The notes under the pieces are model-generated. The model saw nothing but the letters and a program-made list of their open reading frames with translations. It did no database searches and had not been told where the DNA came from. Positions 1 to 11,343 of a stretch of 64,000 nucleotides of DNA are shown here, one piece after another; position 1 is the first letter of the stretch, and every line of letters starts with the position of its first letter. The stretch covers positions 142,900 through 206,899 of the forward strand of contig JBHPLN010000001.1 in the NCBI GenBank assembly GCA_042564205.1, in the 5' to 3' direction. The position numbers were made by a program, and so were the translations under genes. The DNA is from Fidelibacterota bacterium. Its GTDB lineage: Bacteria > Fidelibacterota > Marinisomatia > Marinisomatales > JAHJCW01.

Positions 1-3
1 ACT

Positions 4-708
4 CTAATCATTATTGACTCCTTTTAACAATGCTTCGGCAATAGTCCAATCCTCACGAGTAGTAATTTTTATATTTCTGGTCGATCCCTTAATAAGAACA
101 ATTTTATAATTCAGCTGCTCCAATAAAGAAGCTTCGTCTGTGCCAATAATCCCCCTTTTTTCAGCATAAGCAAGGGCATCTTCCAATGCTTCACGCTTGA
201 ATGTCTGCGGTGTCTGGGCATGCCAGATAGTCTCACGTGGGATTGTTTTTTCAATCACATTTTCTCCAGCGCTTACCTTTTTTAGCGTATCTGAAGCTGG
301 AATGGCGACAATTGCCCCGTCATGATCATTGCATGCAGTGATTGTCTCAGTAATCATCCTCACAGATGCAAATGGCCGTGCGGCATCATGAATACATACG
401 ATTGAACAATCTTTGCTGAGGGTGTTCAAGCCCATTCTTACTGAATCTTGACGACGCTCACCTCCCATGATTACAGAAAGGCGCTTTTTTGAGGAAAAGG
501 GACTAACATACTTAAGGGCTTCTTTCAAGCGTTGTTGTGGGACGACCACAACAATTTCATGGATTTCTGGAATTTCAAGAAATGGTTGTAAAGCATGCTC
601 CAAAAGTGTGTTCCCATCGATCTTTTGAAACTGTTTTACACCGCCAAAGCGGTTACCTACGCCGGCAGCCGGGAGAATAGCACCAACTATCTGAGCTGCC
701 TTGACCAT
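4..708 (-). CDS. ispD: 2-C-methyl-D-erythritol 4-phosphate cytidylyltransferase (MEP pathway)
   Basis: 234-aa ORF with the N-terminal AILPAAGVGNRFG nucleotide-binding loop typical of IspD. TAG stop at 4-6. Start overlaps the queA stop by 1 nt. Confidence 0.9.
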   Translation of the reverse strand: MVKAAQIVGAILPAAGVGNRFGGVKQFQKIDGNTLLEHALQPFLEIPEIHEIVVVVPQQRLKEALKYVSPFSSKKRLSVIMGGERRQDSVRMGLNTLSKDCSIVCIHDAARPFASVRMITETITACNDHDGAIVAIPASDTLKKVSAGENVIEKTIPRETIWHAQTPQTFKREALEDALAYAEKRGIIGTDEASLLEQLNYKIVLIKGSTRNIKITTREDWTIAEALLKGVNND

Positions 709-1760
709 TATAAAATCAACATTGCATCGCCGTAACTCAGAAATCGATAATCATGTTTCTTCGCTTCCCTATAGGCTTTCATAATGAGGTCATGCCCGGC
801 GAAAGCTGCGACCATCATCATTAGTGTACTCTTTGGCTGATGAAAATTTGTTATCAATGCATCAACCATTTTAAAATCATATGGCGGATATATAAATTTA
901 TCCGTCCAGCCCCGCTTGGGACTTATCTGAAAACCCGAAACAACAACCGTTTCCATGGCGCGTACGGATGAAGTTCCCACTGCTATTATTTTATGGCGCT
1001 TACGGCGTGCGTTATTAATTGCCATCGCCGTGGGTGGAGAAACTTCAAAATATTCGGAATCCATTTGATGGCGATTAAGATCTTCTACCTGAACGGGACG
1101 GAAAGTACCCAGGCCAATGTGCAGTGTAACATATTCTACCTGAATACCTTTATCCTTTATGCGCTTTAACAGTCCTTCTGTAAAATGTAATCCAGCAGTA
1201 GGCGCTGCAACGGCTCCGCGCCTGTCAGCATAGACAGTCTGGTAGCGTTCTTTATCCTTTTTTTCCGATTCACGGTGAATATAAGGCGGTAAAGGTGAAA
1301 TCCCGATCCGGTCAATTACGTTATACAGGTCTTCGCCTTCATACTCAAAGCGTACCACTCTTCCACCAGATACGGTATTATCAATAACATCGCAGTGGAC
1401 CCTTGGAGTGAACATCAATTTGTTGCCAATTCGTACTTTACGAGCCGGTTTGACCATTACTTCCCAGAGATCATTGCCCAACTCGCGTAATAAGAATACT
1501 TCTACCCTGGCATCAGTGCGATCTTTAGTGGCAAACAGCCGGGCTGGAAAAACCTTTGTGTTGTTCATCAGCAACAAATCATTTTTACGTATATAATCAA
1601 TCAAGTTGGAAAACTTTAAATGCTCAATTGATTCTTTTTTGCGATCTATTACCATTAATTTGGACTGATCCCTCCGGGGGGCTGGATACTGTGCAATATA
1701 TTTATTCGGCAGGGGATAGTTGAATTCAGCCAGCTTATATTTTTTCTTCTTTTCAATCAT
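708..1760 (-). CDS. queA: S-adenosylmethionine:tRNA ribosyltransferase-isomerase
   Basis: ORF 708-1835. The probable start is the internal ATG at 1758-1760 ([26 protein letters not shown]...), which gives a normal QueA N-terminus and an 8-nt overlap with the ruvB stop. QueA-like along the full length (GLHFT, TSxR motifs). Confidence 0.92.
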   Translation of the reverse strand: MIEKKKKYKLAEFNYPLPNKYIAQYPAPRRDQSKLMVIDRKKESIEHLKFSNLIDYIRKNDLLLMNNTKVFPARLFATKDRTDARVEVFLLRELGNDLWEVMVKPARKVRIGNKLMFTPRVHCDVIDNTVSGGRVVRFEYEGEDLYNVIDRIGISPLPPYIHRESEKKDKERYQTVYADRRGAVAAPTAGLHFTEGLLKRIKDKGIQVEYVTLHIGLGTFRPVQVEDLNRHQMDSEYFEVSPPTAMAINNARRKRHKIIAVGTSSVRAMETVVVSGFQISPKRGWTDKFIYPPYDFKMVDALITNFHQPKSTLMMMVAAFAGHDLIMKAYREAKKHDYRFLSYGDAMLIL

Positions 1761-2781
1761 TAAACAATCCTTGCTGTTTGGCGGTTGGAGCTTTGCCCAA
1801 CAATTTAAAGGTTCGCTCCTGAGCAATACGCCCACGAGCCGTGCGTTGAATAAAGCCTTCTTTTATCAGGAAGGGTTCATACACATCTTCGATGGTTGTT
1901 CGGTCTTCGCCGATGGCTACCGCTAAGGATGACACACCTACCGGTCCACCATCAAATTTTTCAACTAAAGTTTCTAAAATACGTCGGTCCATATCATCCA
2001 GGCCAATGCCATCAATACCCATAGCATCTAGAGCGGCCCTTGCAACCGGCTCTGTAATTTTGCCATTAGCTTTTACCTCAGCATAATCACGTGTTCGGCG
2101 TAAAAGCCGGTTGGCAATCCGCGGTGTACCACGCGATCGTTTTGACAGTTCATTAGCTCCATCATCATCAATTTCCAACTCCAGAATATCAGCCGACCGG
2201 GTTACCACCAGAAATAATTCCTGGGGAGAATAATAATCAACGCGCATTACCACACCAAAGCGATCTCGGAGTGGTGATGTGAGATTTCCCATGCGCGTGG
2301 TTGCGCCCACCAGAGTAAAAGGTTCAATGGTCAGCTGCACACTGCGAGCGGCCGGGCCCTTATCGATCATGATATCGATGGAAAAATCTTCCATGGCAGA
2401 ATACAAATATTCTTCTACAACGCTGTTCAGGCGATGAATTTCATCAATGAAGAATACATCACGACCCTGAAGGTTGGTTAGCATCCCCGCCAGATCACCG
2501 GCCCGTTCCAGAACCGGTCCAGAACTAGGCTTTATGTTTACGTTAAGCTCCCGAGCAATAATATTGGCCAGGGTTGTCTTACCTAGGCCAGGTGGACCAA
2601 ATAGCAGCACATGATCCAATGCCCCATCCCGGTTGTTAGCAGCCTCAATATAGACCTGAAGGCTGTCGACCAAGTCTTTCTGTCCAATAAAATCATCAAA
2701 ATGAGAAGGTCGTAGCGACCTTTCAACGACTAAATCCTCTTCAATCGGGGTCGGATCAGTCACATGTGTTTCAGTTATCAT
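1753..2781 (-). CDS. ruvB: Holliday junction branch migration helicase RuvB
   Basis: 342 aa. Walker [10 protein letters not shown], Walker B FFIDEIHR, sensor region GATTRxG, C-terminal winged-helix region typical of RuvB. Confidence 0.96.
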   Translation of the reverse strand: MITETHVTDPTPIEEDLVVERSLRPSHFDDFIGQKDLVDSLQVYIEAANNRDGALDHVLLFGPPGLGKTTLANIIARELNVNIKPSSGPVLERAGDLAGMLTNLQGRDVFFIDEIHRLNSVVEEYLYSAMEDFSIDIMIDKGPAARSVQLTIEPFTLVGATTRMGNLTSPLRDRFGVVMRVDYYSPQELFLVVTRSADILELEIDDDGANELSKRSRGTPRIANRLLRRTRDYAEVKANGKITEPVARAALDAMGIDGIGLDDMDRRILETLVEKFDGGPVGVSSLAVAIGEDRTTIEDVYEPFLIKEGFIQRTARGRIAQERTFKLLGKAPTAKQQGLFND

Positions 2782-3089
2782 ATACGGGAAATCAATAAAT
2801 ATTAGTCGTTTTCAGACCGTAAAGATACAATCTGAATTCAGGGGTGGCCAAGCAGAGATTCTGCTTTAAGAATTAAATATTGTTTTCTGAAAGCCTGTCA
2901 GCCAGATACTTACTTGATTAGCAGCATCTTTCTGGTTTCCTGGTACTGTTCGGTTTGCCCGTTGTAAATGTAAGAATGAAAGGGCAATAGGTGCAAATTG
3001 TAGCGATTTTTGAACTCTCTCAACTTAATTTAAAGAGAAGTTTGGAATAACAACTCTATCATAATAAACTACATATTGTTGAAAAGCCC

Positions 3090-3947
3090 ATGATCCACGT
3101 TAAAGACCTCACATTTACCTACGCCCAAGCGGACATACCAGCTATTAAGGGTTTGAATTTCGATATCCAGAATGGGGAGATTTTCGGGTTTCTGGGTCCC
3201 AGCGGGGCCGGTAAATCCACCACTCAGAAAATACTTATCCGACTTTTACGGAATTATAAAGGTGACGTTTCAATTTTTGAAACTGATCTGTCGGCTTGGG
3301 ATGGAGACTACTATGAACGCATCGGTGTTTCCTTTGAATATCCCAATCATTATCTCAAGCTCACGGCGCTGGAGAATCTGATCTATTTCGGATCGCTGTA
3401 CAGCGGACATAAACATGCGCCAGAAGAACTCCTGGAAATTTTAGGGCTGGCAGAAGATGCCAGGGTCCCTGTTGCACAATTCTCTAAAGGAATGAAAACG
3501 CGCCTGGGGATTGCCCGAGCCCTGCTCCATGATCCCGAACTGTTCTTCATGGATGAACCAACCGCAGGACTCGATCCGGTGAATGCCCGGCAAATAAAGG
3601 ATTTGATCAAAGAGCAGCAACACAAGGGCAAAACGATTTTTCTCACCACGCACGATATGACCGTGGCGGATGAGCTCTGCGATCGCGTCGGTTTTATTGT
3701 GGATGGTGAGCTGGTGCTGGTTGACTCTCCCCGGAAACTGAAACTGCAGCACGGAAAACATTCAGTGCGCGTCGAATATGACGGTGCAAAGAATAAAACC
3801 GATACCAAAGAATTTCCCCTGAACGATCTTGGCAACAATCAAGATTTCTTAAAATTGCTGGGTGAGCAGGAAATTCAAACGATCCACTCGCAGGAAGCCT
3901 CCCTGGAAGAAATTTTTATAGAAGTAACCGGGAGGTCCCTGTCATAA
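3090..3947 (+). CDS. ABC transporter ATP-binding protein (ABC-2 exporter type)
   Basis: 285 aa. Walker A GPSGAGKST, signature-like FSKGMKTRL, Walker B LFFMDEPTAGLD, H-loop TTHDM. Confidence 0.9.
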   Translation: MIHVKDLTFTYAQADIPAIKGLNFDIQNGEIFGFLGPSGAGKSTTQKILIRLLRNYKGDVSIFETDLSAWDGDYYERIGVSFEYPNHYLKLTALENLIYFGSLYSGHKHAPEELLEILGLAEDARVPVAQFSKGMKTRLGIARALLHDPELFFMDEPTAGLDPVNARQIKDLIKEQQHKGKTIFLTTHDMTVADELCDRVGFIVDGELVLVDSPRKLKLQHGKHSVRVEYDGAKNKTDTKEFPLNDLGNNQDFLKLLGEQEIQTIHSQEASLEEIFIEVTGRSLS

Positions 3948-4648
3948 AACGCCTGCTGTCAGCCATCCGATGGGATATCCGGCTGCAGTATCGCAATGGA
4001 TTTTATTACGCCGCCCTGTTCGTAGCCGCAGTATGGATCGTGATCATGATTCAGTTCCCGAAAGATATTCTGCGCTTTCAGTTGCCGGTGCTGATCCTGT
4101 CAAATTTGCTCATTACGACTTTTTATTTCGTTGCCGCACTGATTCTGCTTGAAAAGCGGGAAGACTCCTTAAGCGCCCAGGTGGTTACACCGCTACGCCC
4201 CAAAGAATACCTGGCATCGAAAGTCATTTCCCTTTCGCTGCTTGCCCTGGTGGAGGCCTTCGCGCTGGTGATCTTTGGTTTTGGTACAGATGTGGATCTG
4301 ATCTTACTGTTTGGCGGTTTAGCATTCACGTCCACTCAATTTATACTTTTGGGCTTCATCGCGGTAGTACGTTATGATTCTATCAATGAATATTTATTTC
4401 CATCATTTATATATACGCTGCCGCTGTTTCCGCCTTTCTTGGCATACTATGGCGTTTTCAACCATTGGCTGGTTTACCTGCACCCCCTGCAGGCACCGCT
4501 AATTCTCACCAAAGCGGCTTTCGTACCAGTGCCCGAGTGGCAGTTGATCTACGGTTTGATTGGTTCACATCTGTGGGTGATCCTAATATTCATCTGGGGC
4601 CGGCGTGCTTTCAGGAAACATATAATTTCAGCGGAAGGAATTAACTAA
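3944..4648 (+). CDS. ABC-2 type transporter permease, probable non-canonical ATA start
   Basis: The track ORF begins at GTG 4040, but the same frame is open from 3866. It encodes (I/M)KRLLSAIRWDIRLQYRNGFYYAALFVAAVWIVIM, a typical permease N-terminus with a first TM helix. There is no ATG/GTG/TTG upstream of 4040. GGGAGG at 3930-3935 lies 8 nt upstream of ATA 3944, which overlaps the ATPase TAA stop (ATAA). Confidence 0.65.
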   Translation: MKRLLSAIRWDIRLQYRNGFYYAALFVAAVWIVIMIQFPKDILRFQLPVLILSNLLITTFYFVAALILLEKREDSLSAQVVTPLRPKEYLASKVISLSLLALVEAFALVIFGFGTDVDLILLFGGLAFTSTQFILLGFIAVVRYDSINEYLFPSFIYTLPLFPPFLAYYGVFNHWLVYLHPLQAPLILTKAAFVPVPEWQLIYGLIGSHLWVILIFIWGRRAFRKHIISAEGIN

Positions 4649-4649
4649 C

Positions 4650-5387
4650 ATGCGGATGTTGAAAATTCTGCGATCATTGGGGCCAATTGACCTGAAAAAC
4701 GTGATAAGGGACCCAATGCTGCGCTGGCTTACCTTTTATCCCGTCCTGATCTCGGTAGTCATGCGCTGGGGACTGCCGGCTTTGTCAGATTTCCTGGTGG
4801 TAAAATACAGCTTTGAATTAGCACCTTATTATCCACCGGTCTTGAGCATGGCAATTTTTTTAACGCCGTTGCTCACGGGAATGATAATCGGTTTTTTACT
4901 GCTGGACCAGCGTGATGACCAGACCCTGTCAGCCCTGCAGATAACACCCCTGACGCTGACTGGCTATATGATCTACCGGATTACCGCCCCAATGATCCTC
5001 AGTATCATTATAACGATGATTATAATACCGATGATCGGACTGGTTGAGATCCGATTTCTGCCGTTGCTTTTCACAGCACTAGTAGCTGCTCCTCTGTCTG
5101 CTGAATATGCTCTTTTTCTGGCGGCATTTGCCGCTAATAAAGTACAGGGGTTTGCCATTGCAAAGGCTATGGGCGTTCTGAATATAGCTCCGTTTGCAGC
5201 CTGGTTTGTTACGGCATGGTGGCAAATTGGCTTGGGTCTAGTACCGCTTTACTGGCCAGCAAAAGTATTCTGGCTGGGAATTGAAAACAATCCTCAGATC
5301 TGGAGCTATGGATTGGCCGGTCTGGCGTATCAGTTTTTACTAATCTGGGTTCTATCGCGCCGTTATTACACCACGCTGCACCGCTAA
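4650..5387 (+). CDS. ABC-2 type transporter permease (second membrane subunit)
   Basis: 245-aa polytopic hydrophobic ORF starting 2 nt after the preceding permease. Same operon as the ATPase. Confidence 0.75.
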   Translation: MRMLKILRSLGPIDLKNVIRDPMLRWLTFYPVLISVVMRWGLPALSDFLVVKYSFELAPYYPPVLSMAIFLTPLLTGMIIGFLLLDQRDDQTLSALQITPLTLTGYMIYRITAPMILSIIITMIIIPMIGLVEIRFLPLLFTALVAAPLSAEYALFLAAFAANKVQGFAIAKAMGVLNIAPFAAWFVTAWWQIGLGLVPLYWPAKVFWLGIENNPQIWSYGLAGLAYQFLLIWVLSRRYYTTLHR

Positions 5388-5400
5388 ATAAAATCCAATT

Positions 5401-8232
5401 TTACAACTTCATCGTATCTGCTAAAAATTGACCGGTATAAGAATTTTGCGTCTTTATCAGGTCTTCAGGGACGCCCGAGAAAATAACATTGCCTCCATCA
5501 TCCCCACCTTCGGGACCCAGGTCGATGATCCAATCTGCAGATTTGATCACTTCAAGGTTATGCTCGATCACAATCACAGAATTACCCCGATCAACCAGGC
5601 GCTGTAAAACGGTCAGCAGCATTCGTACATCCTCAAAATGCAAACCAGTTGTCGGCTCATCTAATATATACATGGAACGGTCATTACTTACGCGCGACAG
5701 CTCAGTGGAAAGCTTCACACGCTGTGCCTCACCACCCGAAAGAGTAGTTGCCTGTTGTCCCAGGCGAATGTAGCCCAGTCCCACGTCAAACAGTGTTGTC
5801 AGTCTTTTTTTAATTGGTGGAATATTCTCAAAGAATGATAGTGCTTCTTCCACGGACATATTCAGGACATCGGCAATATTATTGCCTTTATATTTTACTT
5901 CCAGCGTTTCCCTGTTATAACGGGCACCCTTGCAGACCTCACAGGTGACATAGACATCCGGCAGGAAATTCATTTCGATCTTGATTATTCCATCGCCCTC
6001 GCAGGCCTCACAGCGCCCACCCTTTACGTTGAATGAAAAACGTCCTGGTTTGTATCCGCGTAATTTTGATTCAGGCAGCTGCGAGAATAGATCCCGGATA
6101 TGTGTGAAAACGCCGGTATAGGTCGCCGGATTGGACCGCGGTGTGCGGCCAATTGGCCTCTGGTCGATATCAACCACCTTATCAAGGTATTCAAGTCCGG
6201 AAACAGTATCAAAGCCCAAAGGATACTTACGCGCCCTGTGCAGTTCTTTTGCCAGAATGGGATACAGCGTTTCATTAACCAGAGAGCTCTTGCCGCTGCC
6301 AGAGACACCTGTGACCACCACAAATTTCCCCAGAGGAAAAATAACATTAATATTCTTCAAGTTATTGCCGATAGCCCCATTCAACGCCAGATCTTTCTTA
6401 ATTCCTGGGCGGCGGATTTTTGGTACGGGAATTTTCTTTCGCCCTGACAGATATTGGCCGGTAACTGAATGTTCACTATTTAATAATGCTTTTGGTGATC
6501 CTGAAAAAATGATCTCACCGCCATGTTCTCCGGCACCGGGACCAATATCAATAACGTGATCAGCGGCTTCAATTGTTTCCTGATCATGCTCTACAACCAG
6601 TATTGAATTCCCCAGATCCCTAAGTTTTTTTAATGTATTTAATAGGCGCGTGTTATCACGGGGATGCAAACCGATAGAGGGCTCATCCAATATATATAAA
6701 ACACCCACCAGTTGTGAGCCGATCTGAGTGGCCAGCCGGATGCGCTGCCCCTCGCCACCGGATAGAGTTGCCGTCGAACGATCCAGCGTAAGGTAATCCA
6801 ACCCAACATTCACTAGGAATCCCAACCGTTCATTAATTTCCTTCAATATCTGCTCGGAAATTTTCTTTTCGGTCTCGTTTAAATCAAGAATTTTTATAAA
6901 GTCCAGCGCTTCTTTTATGGACATTTTAGAGAAATCACCAAGATTTAATTTCCCAATCGTAACATGCAAAGTTTCCTTTTTTAACCTTGACCCGTCGCAC
7001 TCCGGGCAAGGTCGCATGCGCATGAATTGTTCGATCCAATCCCGGATGCGTCCGGATTTTGTCTGGTGATAGCGGCGCATGAGATTAGGGATTACTCCTT
7101 CCCACCCGCCAGTATAAGTTCCAGACCATCGATCAGATGAATAGGTCATTTTCAAAGTTTCGTCGCCAGTACCAAAAAGTAAAATTTCCCGCACTTGCGG
7201 ATCAAGCCTGAACCAAGCCGTAGTGAAACTGAATCCATAATGACGCGAGAGACTCTTCAAGATGCTACCATACCAGTTGCCCCGCGGTTGTTCTCCTAAT
7301 GGCGCAACCGAACCCTGAATCAGCGAACGTGACTTATCTGGGACAACCATTTCAGGATCGATTTCCATGTGTGAACCTAATCCATCACAATGCGAACAGG
7401 CACCGTAAGGTGAATTGAATGAGAACATGCGTGGTGATAATTCTTCTAGGGAGGCTTCAGGATGATTTGAGCAGGCAAAATGTTCACTGAATAAATGATC
7501 TTTGTCTGGTAATTCATGAATAATAATCAAGCCTGATCCAATTTTTAATGCAAGTTCTATGGATTCTGTAAGGCGCTCATGAAAATCATCCTCAAGAATT
7601 AGACGGTCAACAACTACCTCAATCGTGTGTACCTTGTTCTTTGATAATTTTATCTTATCATCAATACTATGAAGTTTGCCATCCACCCGTACACGCAGGA
7701 AACCTTCCTTCTTAATTTCTTCCAGTACACCCCGGTGTTCACCTTTTCTCCCGCGAATTACAGGCGCCAATACATTTAGGCGAGTTTTACTTTTAAATCT
7801 TTTTACTGTATCGACTATCTGTTGTACCGTCTGGCGCTGTATTGGGAGTCCGCATATCCAGCAATGCGGCTTACCTAAATGGGCGTACAGCAGGCGTAAA
7901 TAATCGTGTATTTCAGTTACAGTTCCAACCGTTGAGCGAGGATTGCGCGCTGTGGCTTTCTGCTCAATTGAGATAGCTGGTGATAATCCCTCAATGTAAT
8001 CAACGTCCGGTTTTTCCATAAGCCCTAAAAACTGACGTGCATAGGATGAAAGCGATTCAACATAACGGCGTTGGCCTTCAGCATAAATAGTATCAAAAGC
8101 TAAAGAGGATTTCCCGGAACCGGACAGACCGGTTATAACAACAAGTTTATTGCGAGGAATATCCAGATTCACGTTTTTAAGATTATGTTGCCGAGCCCCT
8201 CTAATGACTAATTTATCAGTTGGTTTGTTCAT
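5401..8232 (-). CDS. uvrA: Excinuclease ABC subunit A
   Basis: 943 aa. Two ABC ATPase modules (GLSGSGKSS and GVSGSGKSS Walker A, two LSGGE signatures) and Cys-rich zinc modules (CxxC pairs). Collinear with UvrA. Confidence 0.98.
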   Translation of the reverse strand: MNKPTDKLVIRGARQHNLKNVNLDIPRNKLVVITGLSGSGKSSLAFDTIYAEGQRRYVESLSSYARQFLGLMEKPDVDYIEGLSPAISIEQKATARNPRSTVGTVTEIHDYLRLLYAHLGKPHCWICGLPIQRQTVQQIVDTVKRFKSKTRLNVLAPVIRGRKGEHRGVLEEIKKEGFLRVRVDGKLHSIDDKIKLSKNKVHTIEVVVDRLILEDDFHERLTESIELALKIGSGLIIIHELPDKDHLFSEHFACSNHPEASLEELSPRMFSFNSPYGACSHCDGLGSHMEIDPEMVVPDKSRSLIQGSVAPLGEQPRGNWYGSILKSLSRHYGFSFTTAWFRLDPQVREILLFGTGDETLKMTYSSDRWSGTYTGGWEGVIPNLMRRYHQTKSGRIRDWIEQFMRMRPCPECDGSRLKKETLHVTIGKLNLGDFSKMSIKEALDFIKILDLNETEKKISEQILKEINERLGFLVNVGLDYLTLDRSTATLSGGEGQRIRLATQIGSQLVGVLYILDEPSIGLHPRDNTRLLNTLKKLRDLGNSILVVEHDQETIEAADHVIDIGPGAGEHGGEIIFSGSPKALLNSEHSVTGQYLSGRKKIPVPKIRRPGIKKDLALNGAIGNNLKNINVIFPLGKFVVVTGVSGSGKSSLVNETLYPILAKELHRARKYPLGFDTVSGLEYLDKVVDIDQRPIGRTPRSNPATYTGVFTHIRDLFSQLPESKLRGYKPGRFSFNVKGGRCEACEGDGIIKIEMNFLPDVYVTCEVCKGARYNRETLEVKYKGNNIADVLNMSVEEALSFFENIPPIKKRLTTLFDVGLGYIRLGQQATTLSGGEAQRVKLSTELSRVSNDRSMYILDEPTTGLHFEDVRMLLTVLQRLVDRGNSVIVIEHNLEVIKSADWIIDLGPEGGDDGGNVIFSGVPEDLIKTQNSYTGQFLADTMKL

Positions 8233-8378
8233 CTTCTGGCTTTTCCAAAATCACTTTAAAATTTACTCAGTCTGCAATTTACCGCTTTTCTAAAAGCTAA
8301 AATAAAAATATCTGTAAGATTTTTCATTAATTGTATAATCATTATTGATCTCCCCACAATCCATCGGTAGATTTAGTT

Positions 8379-8936
8379 ATGGGTTCCTTAAAAAATCATA
8401 TTCTCATTGCAATATCGCATATGTCAGACCCCTATTTTGGTAAATCTGTTATATTTATTTGCGAACATTCTAAGGACGGCGCCATGGGTTTAATAATCAA
8501 TCGCCCCTTTCAGGAACCCAATCTGAAGAAACTCTTTTCTGATATCTATAGTGAGAACGATGATATTCTCAAGATAGTACCAAAGGTCTATTTTGGAGGA
8601 CCTGTAATGATTGAACGTGGCATTCTTTTACATTCAACAGAGCATAGCATTGACGGCACATTAAATATATCCAGTGATTTTTCTATCACTAGTCACAAAG
8701 AGATCCTCGAAGACATAAGTGAGGGCAAGGGCCCCAAACAATATAAATTGTATCTGGGGCACGCTGGTTGGTCAGCTGGTCAATTAGAACAGGAAATCGA
8801 GCGAGGAGACTGGTTATTGCAATCTGTTACACGCGATTTTGTATTTAATGTACCTGAAAAATACATGTGGACTCAAGCAAATAAGACGTTCGGAATAGAC
8901 ACTACTCAAATCACTGGCCTGGGTGGCTCTGCCTAG
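8379..8936 (+). CDS. YqgE/AlgH family protein (UPF0301)
   Basis: 185 aa. FGKSVIFICEHSKDGAMGLIINRP, GGPV and GHAGWSAGQLEQEI blocks match the YqgE/AlgH family. Confidence 0.85.
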   Translation: MGSLKNHILIAISHMSDPYFGKSVIFICEHSKDGAMGLIINRPFQEPNLKKLFSDIYSENDDILKIVPKVYFGGPVMIERGILLHSTEHSIDGTLNISSDFSITSHKEILEDISEGKGPKQYKLYLGHAGWSAGQLEQEIERGDWLLQSVTRDFVFNVPEKYMWTQANKTFGIDTTQITGLGGSA

Positions 8937-9019
8937 ATCTTCGGCTGGCCATTTACTGTCTTTTATTCATTAATCTCTTCCCGTTTCTTTCTAATCAATA
9001 ATACGCAGTAATTTCAATC

Positions 9020-9925
9020 ATGAAAAAATATATCCCAGTGCTTGCAATCTTACTGGCAGCAACGCTTTGGAGTCTTGACGGTTTTTTGCGTCAAGAGTTA
9101 TATTCTGTTCCGGCTTTTTTAATCGTTACTATTGAGCACACCCTCGGTGCTTTGATATTTATTCCCTTTCTTATTCATGGACGCAAGCAGATCTTTTCCA
9201 TGAATCAGCGCACTTGGTCATCAGTCTTATGGATTAGTATCTGCGGTGGAGTATTAGGAACGTTTTTCTATACCAAAGCTCTAAGTTATGTCCAGTATAT
9301 AGATCTTTCTGTTGTGGTTTTGCTTCAAAAATTTCAACCATTATTTGCCATATCTCTTGCGGCTGTGATCCTGAAAGAAAAAATCACGGCTCGTTTTATT
9401 GTTTTAGCAGTGATGGCTATTATTGGTGGCTACTTCGTCACGTTTGGAACAAGCCCTATTGCAGATTGGGATGATAAAACCATTATTGCTGCATTGCTGG
9501 CCCTTCTGGCCGCCTTTAGCTGGGGAAGTTCAACCGTACTGGGAAAACATGCCTTAAAACACATGTCATACACAATTGTAACAGCATTGCGGTTAACAAT
9601 AACCGCCGTAATTGCAATGGCTGTTTTATTTTCGATCAGCGCACCAATGGCAATTTTTGATTTAAATTCTTCACAGTGGTTAGCAATCATTGTGATTGTG
9701 TTTTCAACTGGCTCAGTGGCTCTGTTTATATATTATTATGGTCTAAAACATGTTCCGGCCTCACACTCAACTATTTATGAATTATTTTGGCCACTTTCGG
9801 CAGTCGCCTTTGATTGGTTCATTCGCGGGCACATGTTGTCATTCGCACAAATAGTTGGAACATCAATTTTATTAATTGCCATTATATTACTTTCTCGCGA
9901 GCCGGCCCTTAACCAAAATGCCTGA
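9020..9925 (+). CDS. EamA/DMT family transporter
   Basis: 301 aa with about 10 predicted TM helices in two EamA-like halves. Confidence 0.75.
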   Translation: MKKYIPVLAILLAATLWSLDGFLRQELYSVPAFLIVTIEHTLGALIFIPFLIHGRKQIFSMNQRTWSSVLWISICGGVLGTFFYTKALSYVQYIDLSVVVLLQKFQPLFAISLAAVILKEKITARFIVLAVMAIIGGYFVTFGTSPIADWDDKTIIAALLALLAAFSWGSSTVLGKHALKHMSYTIVTALRLTITAVIAMAVLFSISAPMAIFDLNSSQWLAIIVIVFSTGSVALFIYYYGLKHVPASHSTIYELFWPLSAVAFDWFIRGHMLSFAQIVGTSILLIAIILLSREPALNQNA

Positions 9926-11186
9926 TCTATCTAATAAAGATATTAGTAAAAACCTCATTCTTAACAGCGTTCACGAGTTTAGTTGGGGTTTTGGAATGGC
10001 TTTTCATACTACCTACGCAATTGTACCGCTTTTCCTTAAGCAATTGGGCGCGCCTTCGGCCGTCGTGCTTTCTGTTGCAGGGCTTTTCGCAATCCTATTT
10101 GCAATTCCGCAACTAGTTTCAGCCGCCTATGCCCGTAATATGCGCAATATAAAGGCCGGTGTAATCGGTGTGCACGGATTGCTTTTCCCTCCCTTGTTTA
10201 TGATGAGCTTTGTATTCGCTTTTCTTGCTCCAACTGGATCTTTCGCCTGGGTCTATTATTATATTTGTTTTATAATCTATGGCCTGGCGATCGGATTTGT
10301 TCTGCCGATCTGGGCTGGTTTCATTCATCGTACGACTAATCGTGGAACGCGTGGATCTTTTATTGGCATTTCCTTTGTTTTCAACAGCGTCGGCGGATTC
10401 ATTGGTGGATTCCTGGTAAAAATTCTCTTTAGTAGCAGCATCCCATTTCCAAATAATTTTGGAATAGGATTTTTCATTTATTTCTTTTCTGTGATTATTG
10501 CAACAATTGCATTTATTGGTTTCAAGGTCAGGCCGGTCAAAACCGCTAAAAAGAAAAAATCTCTACTACAGTTTATTAATGAAATAAAGGCAATAATCAA
10601 CAAGCACAAGAATTTCAGACGTTATTTATTGGGACGTATATTTTTTACAGCTAATTTTCCAGCCATTAGTCTGTATGCGGTTTTCATGCAGGATAAATTC
10701 GGCTTTGATGTCAGTGAAGCTGGAGTTTTTACTGTGATAAATGTGACTGCTTACGGCATCGCCAGCTATATCTCTGGAAGAATTGGTGACCGTTTTGGGC
10801 ACAAAGCGGCTTTGATAATTTCCTTTTCAGCCCATCTACTGGCAGTAGTCACCGTGCTACTGGCAACATCAATGTTTTGGGTATATCTGGTATTTATGTT
10901 TTTAGGAATGGGGTTGGGGGCATTCGTCCCAGCATCAATGAATCTGGTATATGAGTTTGCTAAAGAGCGCGATAACAAACTTTATATGGCAATGATCGAC
11001 ACTTTTCTGGCTCCGTTTACTTTAGTTGTTATCATAACGGCCGGCATGTTAAGCGGTTTCATCCCGCTTGAGTGGCTATTCATTGGTATTGGCTTTTCGC
11101 TTTTAGCGGGACTGCTCTTCATGATGTTTATGGTAAAAGATCCTGGTAACAGTGCGCGCGATGAATTCATCCTTCGGTCAAATTGA
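9918..11186 (+). CDS. MFS transporter
   Basis: Track ORF 9876-11186. The likely start is ATG 9918 (MPDLSNKD...), an 8-nt overlap with the preceding EamA gene. It has 12-TM-like hydrophobicity with a basic central loop (KTAKKKKS). Confidence 0.75.
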   Translation: MPDLSNKDISKNLILNSVHEFSWGFGMAFHTTYAIVPLFLKQLGAPSAVVLSVAGLFAILFAIPQLVSAAYARNMRNIKAGVIGVHGLLFPPLFMMSFVFAFLAPTGSFAWVYYYICFIIYGLAIGFVLPIWAGFIHRTTNRGTRGSFIGISFVFNSVGGFIGGFLVKILFSSSIPFPNNFGIGFFIYFFSVIIATIAFIGFKVRPVKTAKKKKSLLQFINEIKAIINKHKNFRRYLLGRIFFTANFPAISLYAVFMQDKFGFDVSEAGVFTVINVTAYGIASYISGRIGDRFGHKAALIISFSAHLLAVVTVLLATSMFWVYLVFMFLGMGLGAFVPASMNLVYEFAKERDNKLYMAMIDTFLAPFTLVVIITAGMLSGFIPLEWLFIGIGFSLLAGLLFMMFMVKDPGNSARDEFILRSN

Positions 11187-11343
11187 ATCAATAAAGTACG
11201 AATTTACTCTGACCTATAAAATTGCAAGTTGATGTGCTAAAGTTCGTGTCGTTTTATGTTAATTTATTCGAGTAGCATTACAAAGAAATAAATAACTTCC
11301 GGTACAACATTTAATCTTAAACCATTTAATAGGAAAATTATTC

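Noticed and set aside
229-244. Other CACGTG cores (234-239, 2088-2093, 22241-22246), the half-site at 22569-22584 and the weak match at 61388-61403 as additional parS sites
   Set aside because: The flanks do not match the parS arms, with 4 or more mismatches in the 14-bp core window. A CACGTG hexamer alone is expected by chance.
2850-2866. Hairpin AAGCAGA-GAT-TCTGCTT as an intrinsic terminator
   Set aside because: There is no adjacent T-run on either strand, and it lies in a divergent promoter region where neither flanking gene ends.
3383-3838. 151-aa and 106-aa minus-strand ORFs inside the ABC ATPase gene
   Set aside because: They are antisense to a gene with clear Walker/signature motifs. 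The translations are Ser/Cys/Arg-rich and low in complexity, with no motifs. These are typical shadow ORFs.
3930-3950. Programmed -1 frameshift fusing the ABC ATPase to the first permease
   Set aside because: The permease frame is -1 relative to the ATPase, but there is no slippery heptamer (the sequence is GGG AGG TCC CTG TCA TAA). A strong SD is correctly spaced from ATA 3944, so independent initiation is the simpler explanation.
6024-6559. ORFs of 107, 115 and 142 aa overlapping uvrA
   Set aside because: They are shadow frames of a 943-aa gene with unambiguous UvrA homology, and they have no plausible start context.
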